Below, one piece after another: positions 36,810-50,337 of a stretch of DNA of 64,000 bases; within the stretch, counting starts at the first letter, position 1, and the number at the start of each line of letters is the position of its first letter. Under the pieces are notes generated by a model. That model saw nothing but the letters and a program-made list of their open reading frames with translations. It searched no databases and was not told the origin of the DNA. The DNA comes from Cirrosporium novae-zelandiae (Eukaryota), in NCBI GenBank assembly GCA_026023565.1, contig JAPETS010000026.1:310001-374000 (forward strand), in the 5' to 3' direction. A program made the position numbers and the translations under genes.

Positions 36810-38115
36810 ACACGTCAAATGAGAGGTGAAAAGATCGTCGGAATTGTTTCTGACGGAAACCTGGAAGATGGAGACTGCAGCTGACCGAAGACGGAGAGGA
36901 TTATCCGAAGTGGAGGAATTAGCATGATATGGAGCATATCATTTGATACTGAATACATTTAGCATGAAGGGGATTCGGGGCAATGAAGCTAAGATCTGGA
37001 CTAAGACAATCTGCCGGCAACGACTATTGTTTTTCCAGGATCTTTGTGTGACGGCGCGACGAACACTTGTGGCTTGATGGTCTCTACTTTTTTCGTCCTT
37101 TGCTGATGGCTAGCTTTGAGAATATGAGATACCACTGTACGAGTAATTACGAACAAGTTATGATGGCAATGAAAACATATTGCAGCTGGTGAAGATGATT
37201 GCGATGATGGAGGATGTGAAGGGGTAAAATGGTGGAATTTTGGATGAATTGATTGACGGAATAATTGTATGTTGGTTAATAGGAAACGATCCTGTGACAT
37301 GATGAGTGCGGTATTTTGCGAAGAGATTTCCTGGCATTTTCCTGACAGATTGGATAGATCAGATAGGCTTGAGTGGATGGGTGTGGACTCTCTTTTTTTC
37401 GGTGCCTGGAAAGATTGTGTGGAGAGTCAGTTGAGGGTCAGTTGAGAGTTCCGGCAAGGAATCCTCAATCCCTGCCAGATAGCTATCGGATGGATGTTCC
37501 ATGGTATTTTTGTGGACTCATCACTCGACGAATTCGATGTTCCAAGAGGTCCCAAGAGGTCACACCCCCAGAGTAAAAAAAACCCATTCTCACTCATCAA
37601 CGCCAAATTCTCACGATCCAACATAATTCAACACTGATGTGGATTTTTCAAGCACCGTCGACATTAACCGCATTTCCTAATTTAGTAGAACATGTGGTGG
37701 ATACTTACCATAGTAAAGCTCTATCTGGAGATGAGTAGGAAGGGGTAGAACTCAATAGGGACTCAGGAGAGGCCTGGCTGTGTGATTGTTGCCATTCTTT
37801 GCCATCGTGGGACCCTGCTACGTCAGGGCTTTGCCCATCACTCGACCGCCGGACTCGACTCTCTGAAAGCCCGTGAGCTGACCTTTGGAACCTCTGGAAC
37901 ATTTGGAAATCTTGTGAATCCACTTTCCATCCAAACAACCCACTGTTAGCTCTTCAACATAGTCTGAATACCATTCCAAACTTTCTTTCTCACGTTGTTT
38001 ACTGCTGTGGGCTCTTTTTTTATCCCAACTCCTAAAACTTTCACCTTACCTATTCGGAGCCTCTCCGGATAATTTCCAATTGCTTATATTAGAAATCTCC
38101 TCTCAATTGTTCACG

Positions 38116-39400
38116 ATGTATAGGTTCCCTAAAACATCAGCAAGACTTTGGCAACAGTTTGGAAAAGTGAGTCTTCCTTTAACATCTCCTCAATTCTGCA
38201 GAGGTCATCTAGGAGCCCAAGCTAACATCATCTTCAATAACACCAGAGACCACAAGTTGCAAAAATGGGCTTCGATTATAGGCCATTAATCCCCTTCAAG
38301 CTCTTTACGCCAGCAACGGCTAGGGCGATCGAGGAAGGTGGACAGGCTCGAACAGATAAAACTGTTCGAATGGAATATGACGGCGAACACAATCTACCTA
38401 AAGATGTTCCAGTTCAGGGACGAGGTGCACTGCACTTCAAGCGCACCCTTTCTGCTTTCACCCTTGAGGGAAGGACAGCAGTTGTGACTGGTGGTGCTCG
38501 AGGTTTGGGTCTAGTTATGGCTCAAGCTTTGGTCATCTCTGGCGCTAACTTGGCTATTGTTGATCTTGACCGTAAGTTCCCTTTGTGGTCTGGTTCAATT
38601 GATATCAAATATTCTAATGGGAATTTCAATTTATAGAGGCTGAAGCTGAGAAGCAAGCGGCTGAGATCGAAAAGACATGGAAGGCCGAAAACCCTGGCGC
38701 TGAAAAGTACGTTATCCTCGCTCGCTGAATATTCCAAGCTCCTACGCTTCCCAAACAAATGCGATCGAATAAAAGCTGACCTGTTTCCAGTTGCCCAAAG
38801 ATCACTGCGCACTACTGTGATGTCTCTTCTCAAAAATCCGTTGAGACCTGCTTCCAGGAAGTCCTGGGCGCTCACAATGGCACAATTGATAACCTCGTTA
38901 CATCTGCCGGCTTCACCGACAACATCAATGCGATTGACTACCCCATTGAACGTGTCCGCAAGCTCTTCTCGGTCGACTTTGACGGCACATGGATGTGGTC
39001 TGTCGCTCTCGCCAAGCATCTCATGGAACGAAAGGCTCCAGGCTCTATTGTTCATATTGCCAGCATGTCAGGCGATATTGTGAACGTACCACAACCACAG
39101 GCGGCATACAATGCAGCCAAGGCAGCTGTGAAGCATCTAGCATCCTCCTTCGCCGTGGAATGGGCCGGTGATGGAATCAGAGTCAACTCCATCTCCCCCG
39201 GCTACATGCTCACCCCACTCACCAAGAAGATTCTCGAAGAGAACCCAGACATCAAGCGCCAATGGACATCACTGATTCCTCAGGGCCGCATGGGTGCCCC
39301 CGAGGATCTCATGGGCGCTGTCGTGTACCTACTCAGCGACGCTTCCATGTACGTCACTGGAGCTGAGCTTCGTGTCGATGGCGGCTACACTGTTACCTAA
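38116..39400 (+). CDS. ARD1: D-arabinitol 2-dehydrogenase (short-chain dehydrogenase/reductase)
   Basis: Exons 38116-38166, 38247-38571, 38637-38706, 38791-39400. TGGARGLG, ASMSG..VNVPQPQAAYNAAK (YxxxK), VNSISPGYMLT, LRVDGGY. Confidence 0.88.
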
Positions 39401-39940
39401 TTAGACAATTTTTAAAAACGGAACATAAGCGAAAAGAAAAGGTTCTATCTATCTAAAAAGAGGAATGCGGGAGGGGGGGAAGGGGGGAAGGGAGGACATT
39501 CATTGGACAGTGATATATCATGTATGTCTTTTTTGGGCGGCGAACCTTGATGAGAAATAAATCTTCTTTTTTTTTTCTGTTTGAGTTAGACAGAGACCTT
39601 GGGAGTTTTTTAACGAGAGTTTCTCCTTCTTCATGACCATGACTATGAATATTTTTTAGGACCGAAAGTGCAAATAATGGGGATTTTTTAGAAATAAAAA
39701 ACAATATCAATTTCTGGAAAGATATATTTTTATGGGAGGGTGGGTGTTATATCTATGACTTGAATTCTGCTGCTACTGCTACTACTACTACTACTACTAC
39801 TTACATTATATGCAGCCTCCTCTATATCCATCTATATCCAGATACCTACTCTACCTACCCACGTGCTACCCAAAATCCACCCAAGACACAGTGTACAGTA
39901 TCACAGTATTCAGATCCAAAGATCCAACAGCAACCGCGGA

Positions 39941-40231
39941 ATCTCTCTCCGCATTTTGTTTATAAACCTTAATTCTAATGAAAAAAAAACATGAAAAAAA
40001 GTCAATTGAAGGGGAGAAACGAACACACACCCACATATGCGCATACACGTCCACATACACACTATTGACTCACGCAGCTATGGTATGATATGAGACACCA
40101 TCATCATTACTGCCATACACCGCATCTCTCTGCGTTTTGTTTAAAACCCTTAATTCCAATTGAAAAAAACAAGAAGTCAATTGAACCCGCACACAGACAC
40201 GCCCAGGTATGAGACAACACCACCATCATTA
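39941..40231. repeat. Degenerate local direct duplication (two copies)
   Basis: ATCTCTCT..TTTTGTTTA..CCTTAATT..GAAAAAAA..AAGTCAATTGAA at 39941-40010 and 40124-40185; TATGAGAC..CATCATTA at 40089-40109 and 40208-40231. Confidence 0.75.
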
Positions 40232-41512
40232 TAGCGTTCGTTACACAGCTCAACCCCTCCCCTTCCCAACCCTTTCCTCTCCCTCCCCACACTATGATAA
40301 CAAAGGTATTAAAAACTCATGAATAATCTTTGCAAGATACATACACACAGAAAGAAAGAAAGAAAAGAAGGCCTTTGTTTTTTTTTGAGGGTTGTTGGGG
40401 ATGTTGTTATTGGATCGTGGGGAATGGAATGGAGGGGTTGGATGGATGAGTAAGTAGGAATATATGTGTATATCTATAACAAAGGTGAAGTTTGGAGGTC
40501 GTGGTTTTGGTCGTGGTCGTGGTTGTAGGAATAAAAGAGTAAAAGAGTAAAAGGAAGATTTGGTTAGATTCTATTTTTTATTTATATTTTTATTTCGTAG
40601 GTGAATGTATAACGTATAATCTCTCCCTATCCTCTTTTATATATAGATAGGGAGAGAGCGAGAGAAGAGGAAGGAAGAAAGAAAGAAAGAAGCAAGGTAA
40701 AAAAAAATAGGAAAATGGGAAAAGAAAGAGATATATAAGAGAAAGAAAATTTTTTGTTACTTGGTAGTATTGCAGTTGCATTTACATTAAATACAATTCA
40801 AGATATCCTCCCCCGCTAATCTGTCTATCTATATGTCTAAAAAAAATCCATTTCTATTTCATTCATTTAGTCCAAGTAAGAAAAGAATATGAGAAGAGAA
40901 GAAGAACAAGAAGAAAGAAGAAAGGAAAGTAAAAAAAATAAAAAAAAGTAAGAAATAAGGGAAATTGCTCTCCTTTATATCCCACAGCAGAGAGAGAAAG
41001 AGCGAGGAGGGAATTAGGGATTAGGGATTATATATACATTTATAGATAAGATATTATAATTATACCTAGGTTACCTTGGCATTTTTTTTTAAAAAGAATA
41101 AGATTCAAGAAAAAGAAAAGAAAAAATCTAGCTAGCTAGTATGTATCCCAAGCATCCCAATAAAACAGAAAAGATGTATGTTAGTCTATTGGTCAAGAAA
41201 TTCTCCTATTCCTAATTTCCATATTTTACCCAAACAAGAAAGAAAAAGAAAAGAAAAGAAAATCTATCTGAATGAGCAAGTACCTAGGTATATGTACATG
41301 TACAGTAGAAACAACAAGTCAAGTCAAGATAAGAAAGAAAAAAAAATTATCTTCTGGGGGGTGGGGGTTGTTCCCATATATTCATATATACATAAATTTC
41401 TATGTATGTAGAAGCCCTTCTTCTCTCCCCCTAGTTAAATAACCCCCCCCCTTGCGTAGTTACACTCTTCCATAGTAATTATATACCCCCAGAATCCCCC
41501 CTTAAATAAATC

Positions 41513-41656
41513 ACATACGACCATAGATAGGCTTGAAGAGAACTAAGTGGGCACCCCCCGTCCGCTTTGCTCTGCCGTTTACCTGACTTCAAGATCGGTG
41601 GGTTAGTGTTAGTGGTTGGGTTGATGATGATTAGTGAATAACCTGCTGTTGTATGT
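41513..41656 (+). pseudogene. Degenerate dispersed 5S rRNA gene copy
   Basis: Starts ACATACGACCATAG and ends GCTGTTGTATGT (helix I pairing). Helix II CTTGAAG (41532-41538) / CTTCAAG (41587-41593); loop C CCCGTCCGCT; GTTAGT..GGTTGGG..AGTGAATA. 144 nt instead of about 120 because of small duplications. TATA-like TAATTATATA about 30 nt upstream. Confidence 0.85.
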
Positions 41657-44600
41657 GTATTTGTGTATTTGTGTGTTTCTTTTTTGTTTCTTATTTTTTT
41701 TAGCATCCCCTTTTTGATGTGCGGGGAAATGTGGGGGGTTAGGCTGGGTTCATGTTTGGGGATGGATTGGGTATATATATGTGTGTGTATATGTGTGATG
41801 AGATGTGATGGGTATGAAATGGGATGAGAGAGGGTCTGTTTGGTTGTTGTTGTTGTTTGTTGTTGATAGTTAGTGAATTTTGGGATTAAAGGATGTTAGT
41901 TCTGGAGGCGGTTCTGGGGCGGTTCTGAAACAAGGGCTCCAGATTTCTCTGCCGGTGAATAGAAATACGAGGAAAAAAAATGATTGGGTTGGATTGAGTT
42001 CTAGTTGAGGTGAGGTGACATAACTTGGAAGGAAAAAAAATTGAAATGGATATCTGGTGTTTTCATTTGTTAGTTAACTATGTGATAGGAGGCTCGTGCT
42101 AACTAAATGCTTTTGGGGAAACCTTCGGGGGTTAAACGGATGGAAGTTTCCACCACCCATCTATCTATCCTTCACAAGCGAGTTGGTTGTCATCGACACC
42201 CCTTGATCCGGGAGAATTGATGCAGATATCTATTGGTAGCTTCGCGATTTGAAACCTAGTTTCATGAAATTCCAAGACAAAGCATTTTAGGAAGGGTAAA
42301 CATCGTAACCATGACCGAAAAAGAATGCGGATGATCACCCGCAATATTCTTGAATTGTCTCGGAGCCTCAAAAAAGGATTGAATGTGGCGTTTATTGGCC
42401 GTTGTCGACCCTTTGAAACCATTAGATGCATGACCTACCAGATCCAACCATCCTAGGTCTGAATGGTAGTGCCAAACCCAACAAGCACCGCCGGAGTGGA
42501 TAGTGTTTGCTTCGGAATAAGTGTGCATGCAGATTGCGGAGTTTGTGGAGGGCGGATCATCATCCGTCGGGATTCTGCAGGTTGGCGGAGACGATCCGGG
42601 GGATTGGAACATGTAAAGCGTTATAAAGTAAGTTTCTTGGGGAAAATGATGGTTATCAATGTGAGCGTGGCCCATTTTGGAATTCTGGTAACGAAGGGAG
42701 GCCGATATTAATAGAATCACTTATTGTTTATAGATGGTGCTCCCTGTATTGTATCTGTTGTTCCAGACCGCTTCGAATACTAAACCCACGCTGTTCCGCC
42801 TGTAGTTTTAAAGCATCAGAGCAATTACCTCTTTAAACTCGCCTTGCCTTTCAGAGTTGGTGGCGTCTGGGGATATGCCTTGTCTTTATGAATTCTTGAA
42901 CGTCATTTCGCAGTCGACATTTGAAACTGAAGTTTGCGACAAGTTTTCTGTCCTTGGGATCGATGATCGATCGGCTACATCTTTCGCACTCGGGTCTGAT
43001 AGGTAACATATCCTGTCTTTGTGAGGCACATGAGATGAGCTTCGAAAGTTGTGTGGAGATGCTAGGCTGCAGACAACCGCGCCGGAATCAATGATCAAAA
43101 TAAAACCGGGGGTTTCGAATATGAGTTTTGCGCAGATGAGAAATGTGACGTTCTATTCCCCAGATTCGATTCGAACCAAGCGATCGCGTTGGAAACTGCA
43201 TACAAAAGAAAGTTCCGACAACTGACATATCTACTCCATCGTCAAACGTGGAGAAAGCTTATGGTAGTGGTTGTGGTTGAATAAGAAAAAAAAACTTAAT
43301 TACGGAAATGTCCACCTTAGGTATCGCAGATACACCGGCATCTATGCTATGATGTTTGAACTGGCTAGGTTGTTTGACAGGAATACGATAACGACCCTCT
43401 TTCTGGACCATCTTTCCTGATCCTCTTGACTAAACGGATAGAGACTGTTGGTGATTACTACCTGGCCAGGTTTCTAGGTAGGTAATTATGTGGTAGTTAC
43501 CATCTGTCCGACTTCTAAAGTTGGGTTCCAGAACTTGAACTCCAGCAGAGTGTGGCCATCAGTTAAGACGATCCCCGTATCAACGTTCCACGATTGGCTT
43601 GGCCGACCCGATAAATGGGTAACGAAATGTGGGAGACTTGCCAGCGAAGCAATTTGGCTGGAATCTGCAGATGGATGCAGTTGGTTGAATTCCGAATACA
43701 CGTCAAGGTTGCTATCATTGACTGGCAGCGGTGGCGCCCATGACTTGTTGATGGTGAAGGCCGGTAGGCAATTTCTGTCATCTACCGAGTACTAGTTATC
43801 CTTTTATCTGTGAGGATAGGTTTCCAAGCGACTTTGCAGAGTGCCATGTAGCTAAATGTCTTGAGGGAATATATCTGCATCTGGAGATGAGATTTCGGAG
43901 GTTCCAGACCTGTACCTCGGCTGTTGACGTTACTACCCTCTTGTCAGTCCACTCAAGAAGGAAATATTCAAGCAGTTCCTGTGCAGAATTTGTTGAGATA
44001 AATCACGAGGCCCATTCTCGTGAATATTCGCCGTCCTGAAGTAATACCCGAACCAGGACAAATGGGGACAATACGAAGAGTAATGATTCGGTCCGTCTAT
44101 CCCCCCAAAGGCTTCTGAAACAGGAAACCTCTGATGGTTCATGATAGGCCAATTAATAATAAGAAGCCCGTCGGGGCATTAGAGAAATATATATCAAATC
44201 ACATTGAAGCTGCACAATGAGTCACTGTGCACCATGGTACAAGTTCTTTTTCTGACGTGGTTACGAAGTATGGAGTGCAGCACTGATATTAACCATCCCC
44301 ACCGCCCGAGGATACCCTCACTCGGTAAACCAGTAGCGATCCAACAATTCGGGTCGGAGCTGAAAGGTGTCGTCAAAAGGGCCAAAAGGGCCAAAAAGCC
44401 TACCAACTTTGATTATCCAACGGTCTATACTGAGTAGATGCCTATACATATGCACACTCTCCAGCTCTCTCTCTAATGCATGCAGTATCCCACGTGTTGA
44501 CTGTCTCACCGACGGTTTGCCTCCCTGGTAAATAGGCGATTAATCTGGTTATCGTCGGATATCAGCTTGAAAGGAAAGACCGTTGTGTCAGGAGCGTGGG

Positions 44601-47517
44601 ATGCTCTTGCCAAGAAAAGAGTGGAGGATGCAGTGGGCGCGGGATTTATTCTTCTGTCATTCTGGAATCAAATTAGTTGGATCTGTTATCGGTATCTCCC
44701 TATGGTTCCTTCGTTTCGAGACTTTTCTTTTTTCTCCCATTTTTCACCCTGAGATCAAGATCCTTTTCAGAGGAGCATTTGTTTGGCTCAACAGCTCGGA
44801 GGCGGATATCCAAAAAGGAGATTCCCACCCGAATCTCCTTTGCCGCAGCTTGGCAACATGGATTAGAAAGTTGAACGATTTCTAAGTCTGGATTGGAGAT
44901 TGCTGATTCCAAATTAGAAGCATTGTGCTATTGAATGTATAATGCCGCATATCTATTTGAGGGTGGGGATATGATATAAAAATAAATAACGAGTTGCGTG
45001 GGAGATTTGGATTTAAATTGAAATTTGTATTGAGTTGCGGTTGTTTCAATTGTTTGAAGGGTCCGAACTTCGGGAGATCCTTGGTGATATTTGTTTTAAA
45101 AAGAGAAGATGATATTGGTCAATGGGGGAGGGGGGGGCTGTGGAGAAAAGCCGAAGGAGATTAGGAGGGGTGGAAATAGTTCAATCACCCCTCATACAAT
45201 GAATGTATTTACCGTACTACAGTCAGTGTCAAGTCTCTCTCTTTTTTTATTTTTCTCTCTTAAAGCCGAGAAATAATACGAAAAAAGATGAAAGAATACA
45301 TGGAACTGAATCAAGTACCGAGGTTACCAACTAGATGGAGTCTGTAAAAAACAGAGTAATGAATGACTTGAAGAATTTTACAAGACTACAACGATTACTA
45401 CTACGGGGTAGTACAATTAACTGTACAATTACCATAAAATTCCTAAAGCTTTAAGTGTAATAGAATTTTGTACCTGAACCTCCAATCCCTGTTCATTTAT
45501 TTTTTTTACACCTAAAGTCCGTGGTTGAACGTCGTCCAAGGATTCTGACAGTTCACCACCAGAGCTTTTTATCCGGTGCAAATTTGCCATTTTCCATTTT
45601 TTTCCATTTTTTTCCATTTTTCCATTTTGAAAATGCCCCATATCGCGGACTTCCGGAAGAAAGATTCCAAATTTTAAGACTAACACAAGAACTAATTCAA
45701 TTATGCTTGAGTCATCAGGTTTTAGTTGATTGACTAGGATGGAATCAAGGACGAGTTTAGAAATCTAGAAGTTTGCTAGAAGTCAGCTAGAAGTTCTCCT
45801 GAGAAGTTATTTTTTCGGGGAAAAAGATAAAAAAAATAAAAAATAAAAAATAAAAATAAGAGGCTGTGTAATATTATTCAGTAAATACCTGAGATAGTAG
45901 AGAAAGATTTGTCAAGGTGGATGGAAAGATGGAGGGATGGATGGATGGATGATAGATGATGGATGATGATGATGGCGGGTGAATAAATGGATTGAATACA
46001 GTCAGTAGTAATAATAATACATGTATAGCTGTATGGTTGTATAATTGTATAATTGTATAATTGTATCATCTTTTTTCTATTTTTCTTCCACTCATCACAA
46101 ATTGAACAAACAGCCTCAAAGCAAATAATGAAGCAATCAACTATCCATCTTACTCTAAATTATGATTCAAACATTTCAAAGAAAAACCCATAAAACCATA
46201 AGTTGGAAATAACTGCAAGGGGCCGATGGAAGCCGTTGGCCGTACCGGTTGGGCCGAATTGAATAGCTTTTTCTATTTTATTTTTTTCGTGGAGAAAAGC
46301 CAGTAATAACTAGGTAATCATCATCATCACACAAGTATGAGTCCTTCTTAGACTTCTTAGACCTAATGGACCTTTGGACCTATGGGCACTTATGGGCACC
46401 TTACATCAAATCAATCCATACATAGTACATCCCCCCAATCCAGCATACACCACCTTCTTCTTCTTCCTCCCCTCTCTCTTACTTCCTCTCTCCTTCCTCC
46501 CTCTTTTTCTCCTCTCCTTCTCTTCACCATGGAACTGGTCCCTCTCCTCTCTTCTTGTATTTGTCTTACCGCTTCCACTTCAACTTCCAACCCTCCCTGT
46601 AGCTATTTGTTACCTCGACTTAATCAACCTTTTCCCGTTGGACCGCTTGCGAACTCTGACTCCACCCCTTTCTGTGCCTCCGAAGTGCTCACATGCAATT
46701 GTCACTGCAATTGCGGTGCGCAGCTGCCGAGTGTGTGACTGCAGAAAAGCTAGAAAACCTTGAGACCGCATGGGCGTGAGACCGAACCCCCCCCCCCCCC
46801 AGATACCCGTGAGACAGTGAGACTGAGGGATCGCAAAGGGATATAGTATGATTGTATTCATTTACAAATATCCCTTGACAACTTGGAACCCCGAAATACA
46901 GTAAGTAAGTGATACCAAAATGAGGACGTCAGTGCTCGGATCAGTCCCTTTTTTTTCCTTTCCCACAGTCCTTGTCCGTGCGAGCTCCAGTGACCTGAAG
47001 GAGCATGACAACTCAGCTGTGTCAACACTCCACAGTACAGCTCACTTGTTTTTTCTTCTCCTTCCTTCTAGAGCTATGGATATGGATTTACTTGCTAACT
47101 TTAGACCGTAGAAGACGTTTAATGCGAACCCCTCCTTTGGCACCCCACCTCGCTCATTGCATCCTCCTTATCAGGCAACTTCCATCTTTCTTTTGAACGT
47201 CCTGCCTCACTTTCCTGTTGGGAGCTCAACAATATCGGAACACTTGATATTCCCCACTCCCTGACCGCTCGAACCTGCAAACACCAAGGTCAGCTTTCTA
47301 CACGACCGACGGAGGGTCCAATAACTTTCAGGGGGATTATTCGCGACTCAAATAATATATTCCAAGGATTCACTCTTACAAATTGAATATAATAAATTTG
47401 GTTCTCCTCATGATCTTCATAATAGCTCGAACGACAACGGATCCTAATTCGCCGCACTAGAGACGCGAACTCTATCGATTTCGGGGGATATTAACATCAA
47501 CACCCAGCACAGCTGCC

Positions 47518-49078
47518 ATGATGGAAACTGTACCAACAGGGATCGTTACAAGTAGTCGAGGAATCACTTCTGAGATTGAGAACATCGGCCATGTGGAATA
47601 TGAAGATATCATGCGGATGTGGCGGAGTGAGTTGAACACACTCACCGCTTCTTGAGTGTTAGAGCTGACCGAGATTTGTATGGAACAGCGTTCGCCATTA
47701 GCAAGGTAGCTCACGAGAGTGGTGGGCGGTTGTCAAATCTATTTTGGAGAATATCCGGGACAGAGTCAATCCACCGAAACATTCATGGCAGCACTGTCGC
47801 GAACCTCTTTGCGCGAATAATGGAAGGTGGGGTAGTTAGGGACACTCTAATACAATCTTCCCATTCGGCGCGTCGGTTTTCTCATACTAGAGGGGTGAGT
47901 TTGGCTGGGCCTTTTCTAATTTAGTTCCCCACTTATGCGCACAGGTCATTCCTCCGCCACACTTTGAAATTCCGCCTGAACCAACTCCAGGGAGTGATCG
48001 TGACTCCAGTGAGGCTGTAGAAGACAGCGTTGAAAGTTCAAGTCCCCCGAAGCCAAAGCAAAGGACACAATCTAAACTACCACTTCCCCCGATTCTGAAG
48101 AAGCCCCGCTCGGGTTTAGGCGAAGGAACTACGAAGACCGCACGAATTGTTTCTCCTACGCCCGACGATGATACGAATGGATCACCCGAGAAACCATCCC
48201 TATCTACGGTTCGCCCACAGCGCCCAGAGACAGATCAGAAAGAACTTAGCTCGAAAGCCAAAGGAAAACGGCCAGCGTTTTTAGTCAATTATCGACGTAG
48301 ACCTGCAATGCCCCGAAGGAAATCTTCACAGACAGTCGCTTTATCTAACCTGTTATCTGGCAAGACATCACCAAGATCACCGCCACAATCTGCTCCATTA
48401 TCCCCTTCTCTGGAAGCAAATGAAGAAGAGTCAGCCGAAAATCCGAACGTGTCACGGCTACCGGAAAGTGCTTTGGCTCCCCCAAACCCCAAATCCCAAT
48501 CTAGACAAAAAACACGTGGATTTTCGCTACCTTTACATGTGCCCCCTCCAAGGTCTCGACTGTGTCTAGGCCCACGGGTAACCGGAGAAATTCTGGAACC
48601 TGACTTGTATATTGACACAGACACGCCATCGCATCATCCTCTAGAATCCCCAGAATCCCCAGAAGTAATATCCGACATGAACAACATGGCGCCACTTGTT
48701 GATCGGGATTTCAGATCTAAGTTTGCCGAAAAACGCGCAAACTCGGCCGCTCAACTCTCAACACTTTCTAATATGGCCTCCACCAAAAAGGGTGGAACCC
48801 CCGACATAGCCTCGGCTTCCAGAAATATTAATCCTACTGGCTCAGGGGAGCCATCTGAAGTAGTCAAACCCCTTAACTTTTCGCCCTATGATGTTACCTC
48901 CCAACCAGGATCACTTCCAAGGACAAAGAGTCTATTGACTATGGGGCTTGAAGCCACGCAGCGATCTGGGAAAGCAAGTAAAAGTACAAGAGGTTCTTCT
49001 AGTAAGAGCACCAAGAATGACAGTTCAAAAGGAAGTACGAAAAGTACGAAAGGGAAAGAGAGAGCGAGGCGAACCTGA
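47518..49078 (+). CDS. Fungal protein with DUF1752 (AreA N-terminal-like) motif and long Ser/Pro-rich disordered region
   Basis: Exons 47518-47626, 47689-47894, 47945-49078, all in phase. EDIMRMWR..GGRLSNLFWRI (RLEN.FWR-like), LPPILKKP, PLVDRDFRSKF. Confidence 0.75.
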
Positions 49079-50277
49079 CCAGAATTGCAATATACGGAGA
49101 AACCTGTCGCCGTGTATCATGAAATGATCTTCGGTGAATGCTGGAAAGCATTCAGATTCGGATGAGAAATGACAGATGTTCTCAGCATTCGGCTTATACA
49201 TAATACATCCACGAATACTTTGACTATTTTGGATACTTTATCAGGATTTCTTTATTCCAAAGAAATTCTCTGTTTGTCGGGTTTTGATTCTGCTTTGCTT
49301 GTTGAAACAAAAGCTTCTTGGTTGCTTTGGCATAGCGAGAGCGGGCGTGGTGTTATTCCAAATCCAGCGGCATTTCCAAGGATATGTTTTTGATAGCTAC
49401 TGTGATAGTTGACTTTTGGTATTCGGCGGGGATTTAATTATCTCCTGATGATATATACGTTCAGCCCCTTGGGTTTTTAGTATTCCCGAGGCTTTCTTTT
49501 GGTTTGGGAATAGAAAAACGAAATTGGGGATGACAATTTCCCGTGGGGGGCGATGCAAATAACAGGAAAAGGGAAATGGTAATATTGATATGGGATAGGA
49601 TTGGAAGGGAATTGGAAATTGGAATTGTGGATTGCTTGTCTGGGTACAACAGTTCATGGCGCCAAAGGGGGTGGTAGGGTCGAGAACTGGTCAGGTTAGT
49701 TGGGTAATTGAGGGAAGGAAAAAGGCTTAACAAAGGCAACGGTGAAGGTCAAATTTTCCTTTTTAGTACATTTGGGAGGTTATGTACAAGGCACTTCCTG
49801 GGTTTTATTATCTACATCTATATATCTTCTCTTGGATATGGGTGGGTAACTTGTGTTATGGATGACTTGGTCACGAACTAGGGACTAGGAACATACAAAT
49901 AATATATTTTCAATTACTCTTTCATTCTTGTTAATATTGTCTTATACACAAATAATACATTTTCAATTAATTTTTTCATTCTTACTAATTTTTATTCTAC
50001 AATACTTTGTTATCTTTATCTATACTCTTTTTTTTCTTCCCCTTTTAGCTTTTTCAAATAATAATAATATCTATGTCCAAGTCTAGTTCTAGATGGATGA
50101 ATGTTTTGTTCGGTACATGTACTATGGTATAGTCTAGTGTGTTTTTTTGACCCTGGTACTGGTAACTCTCGAACCCTTTTATTTTGGTAGATAAGTGTGC
50201 TAAGATTTTTATTTTATTTTCAGGGGGAGAATCGAGGATGGATGGATGGATATCTAGATGTCTTTGAACGACAGTAA

Positions 50278-50328
<51 letters not shown>

Positions 50329-50337
50329 CAGTAGTAG
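50278..50337. repeat. (TAG)n microsatellite
   Basis: 17 perfect TAG units (50278-50328), then CAG TAG TAG. Confidence 0.95.

Noticed and set aside
42183..42206. LVVIDTP* as a decayed GTPase DTPG motif
   Set aside because: No P-loop or other GTPase motif in frame nearby.
46374..46763. Cys-containing ORFs (CNCHCNC, CRVCDC) as a metallothionein
   Set aside because: They arise from a CT-rich tract and a TGCAATTG repeat. There are too few Cys and no convincing start.
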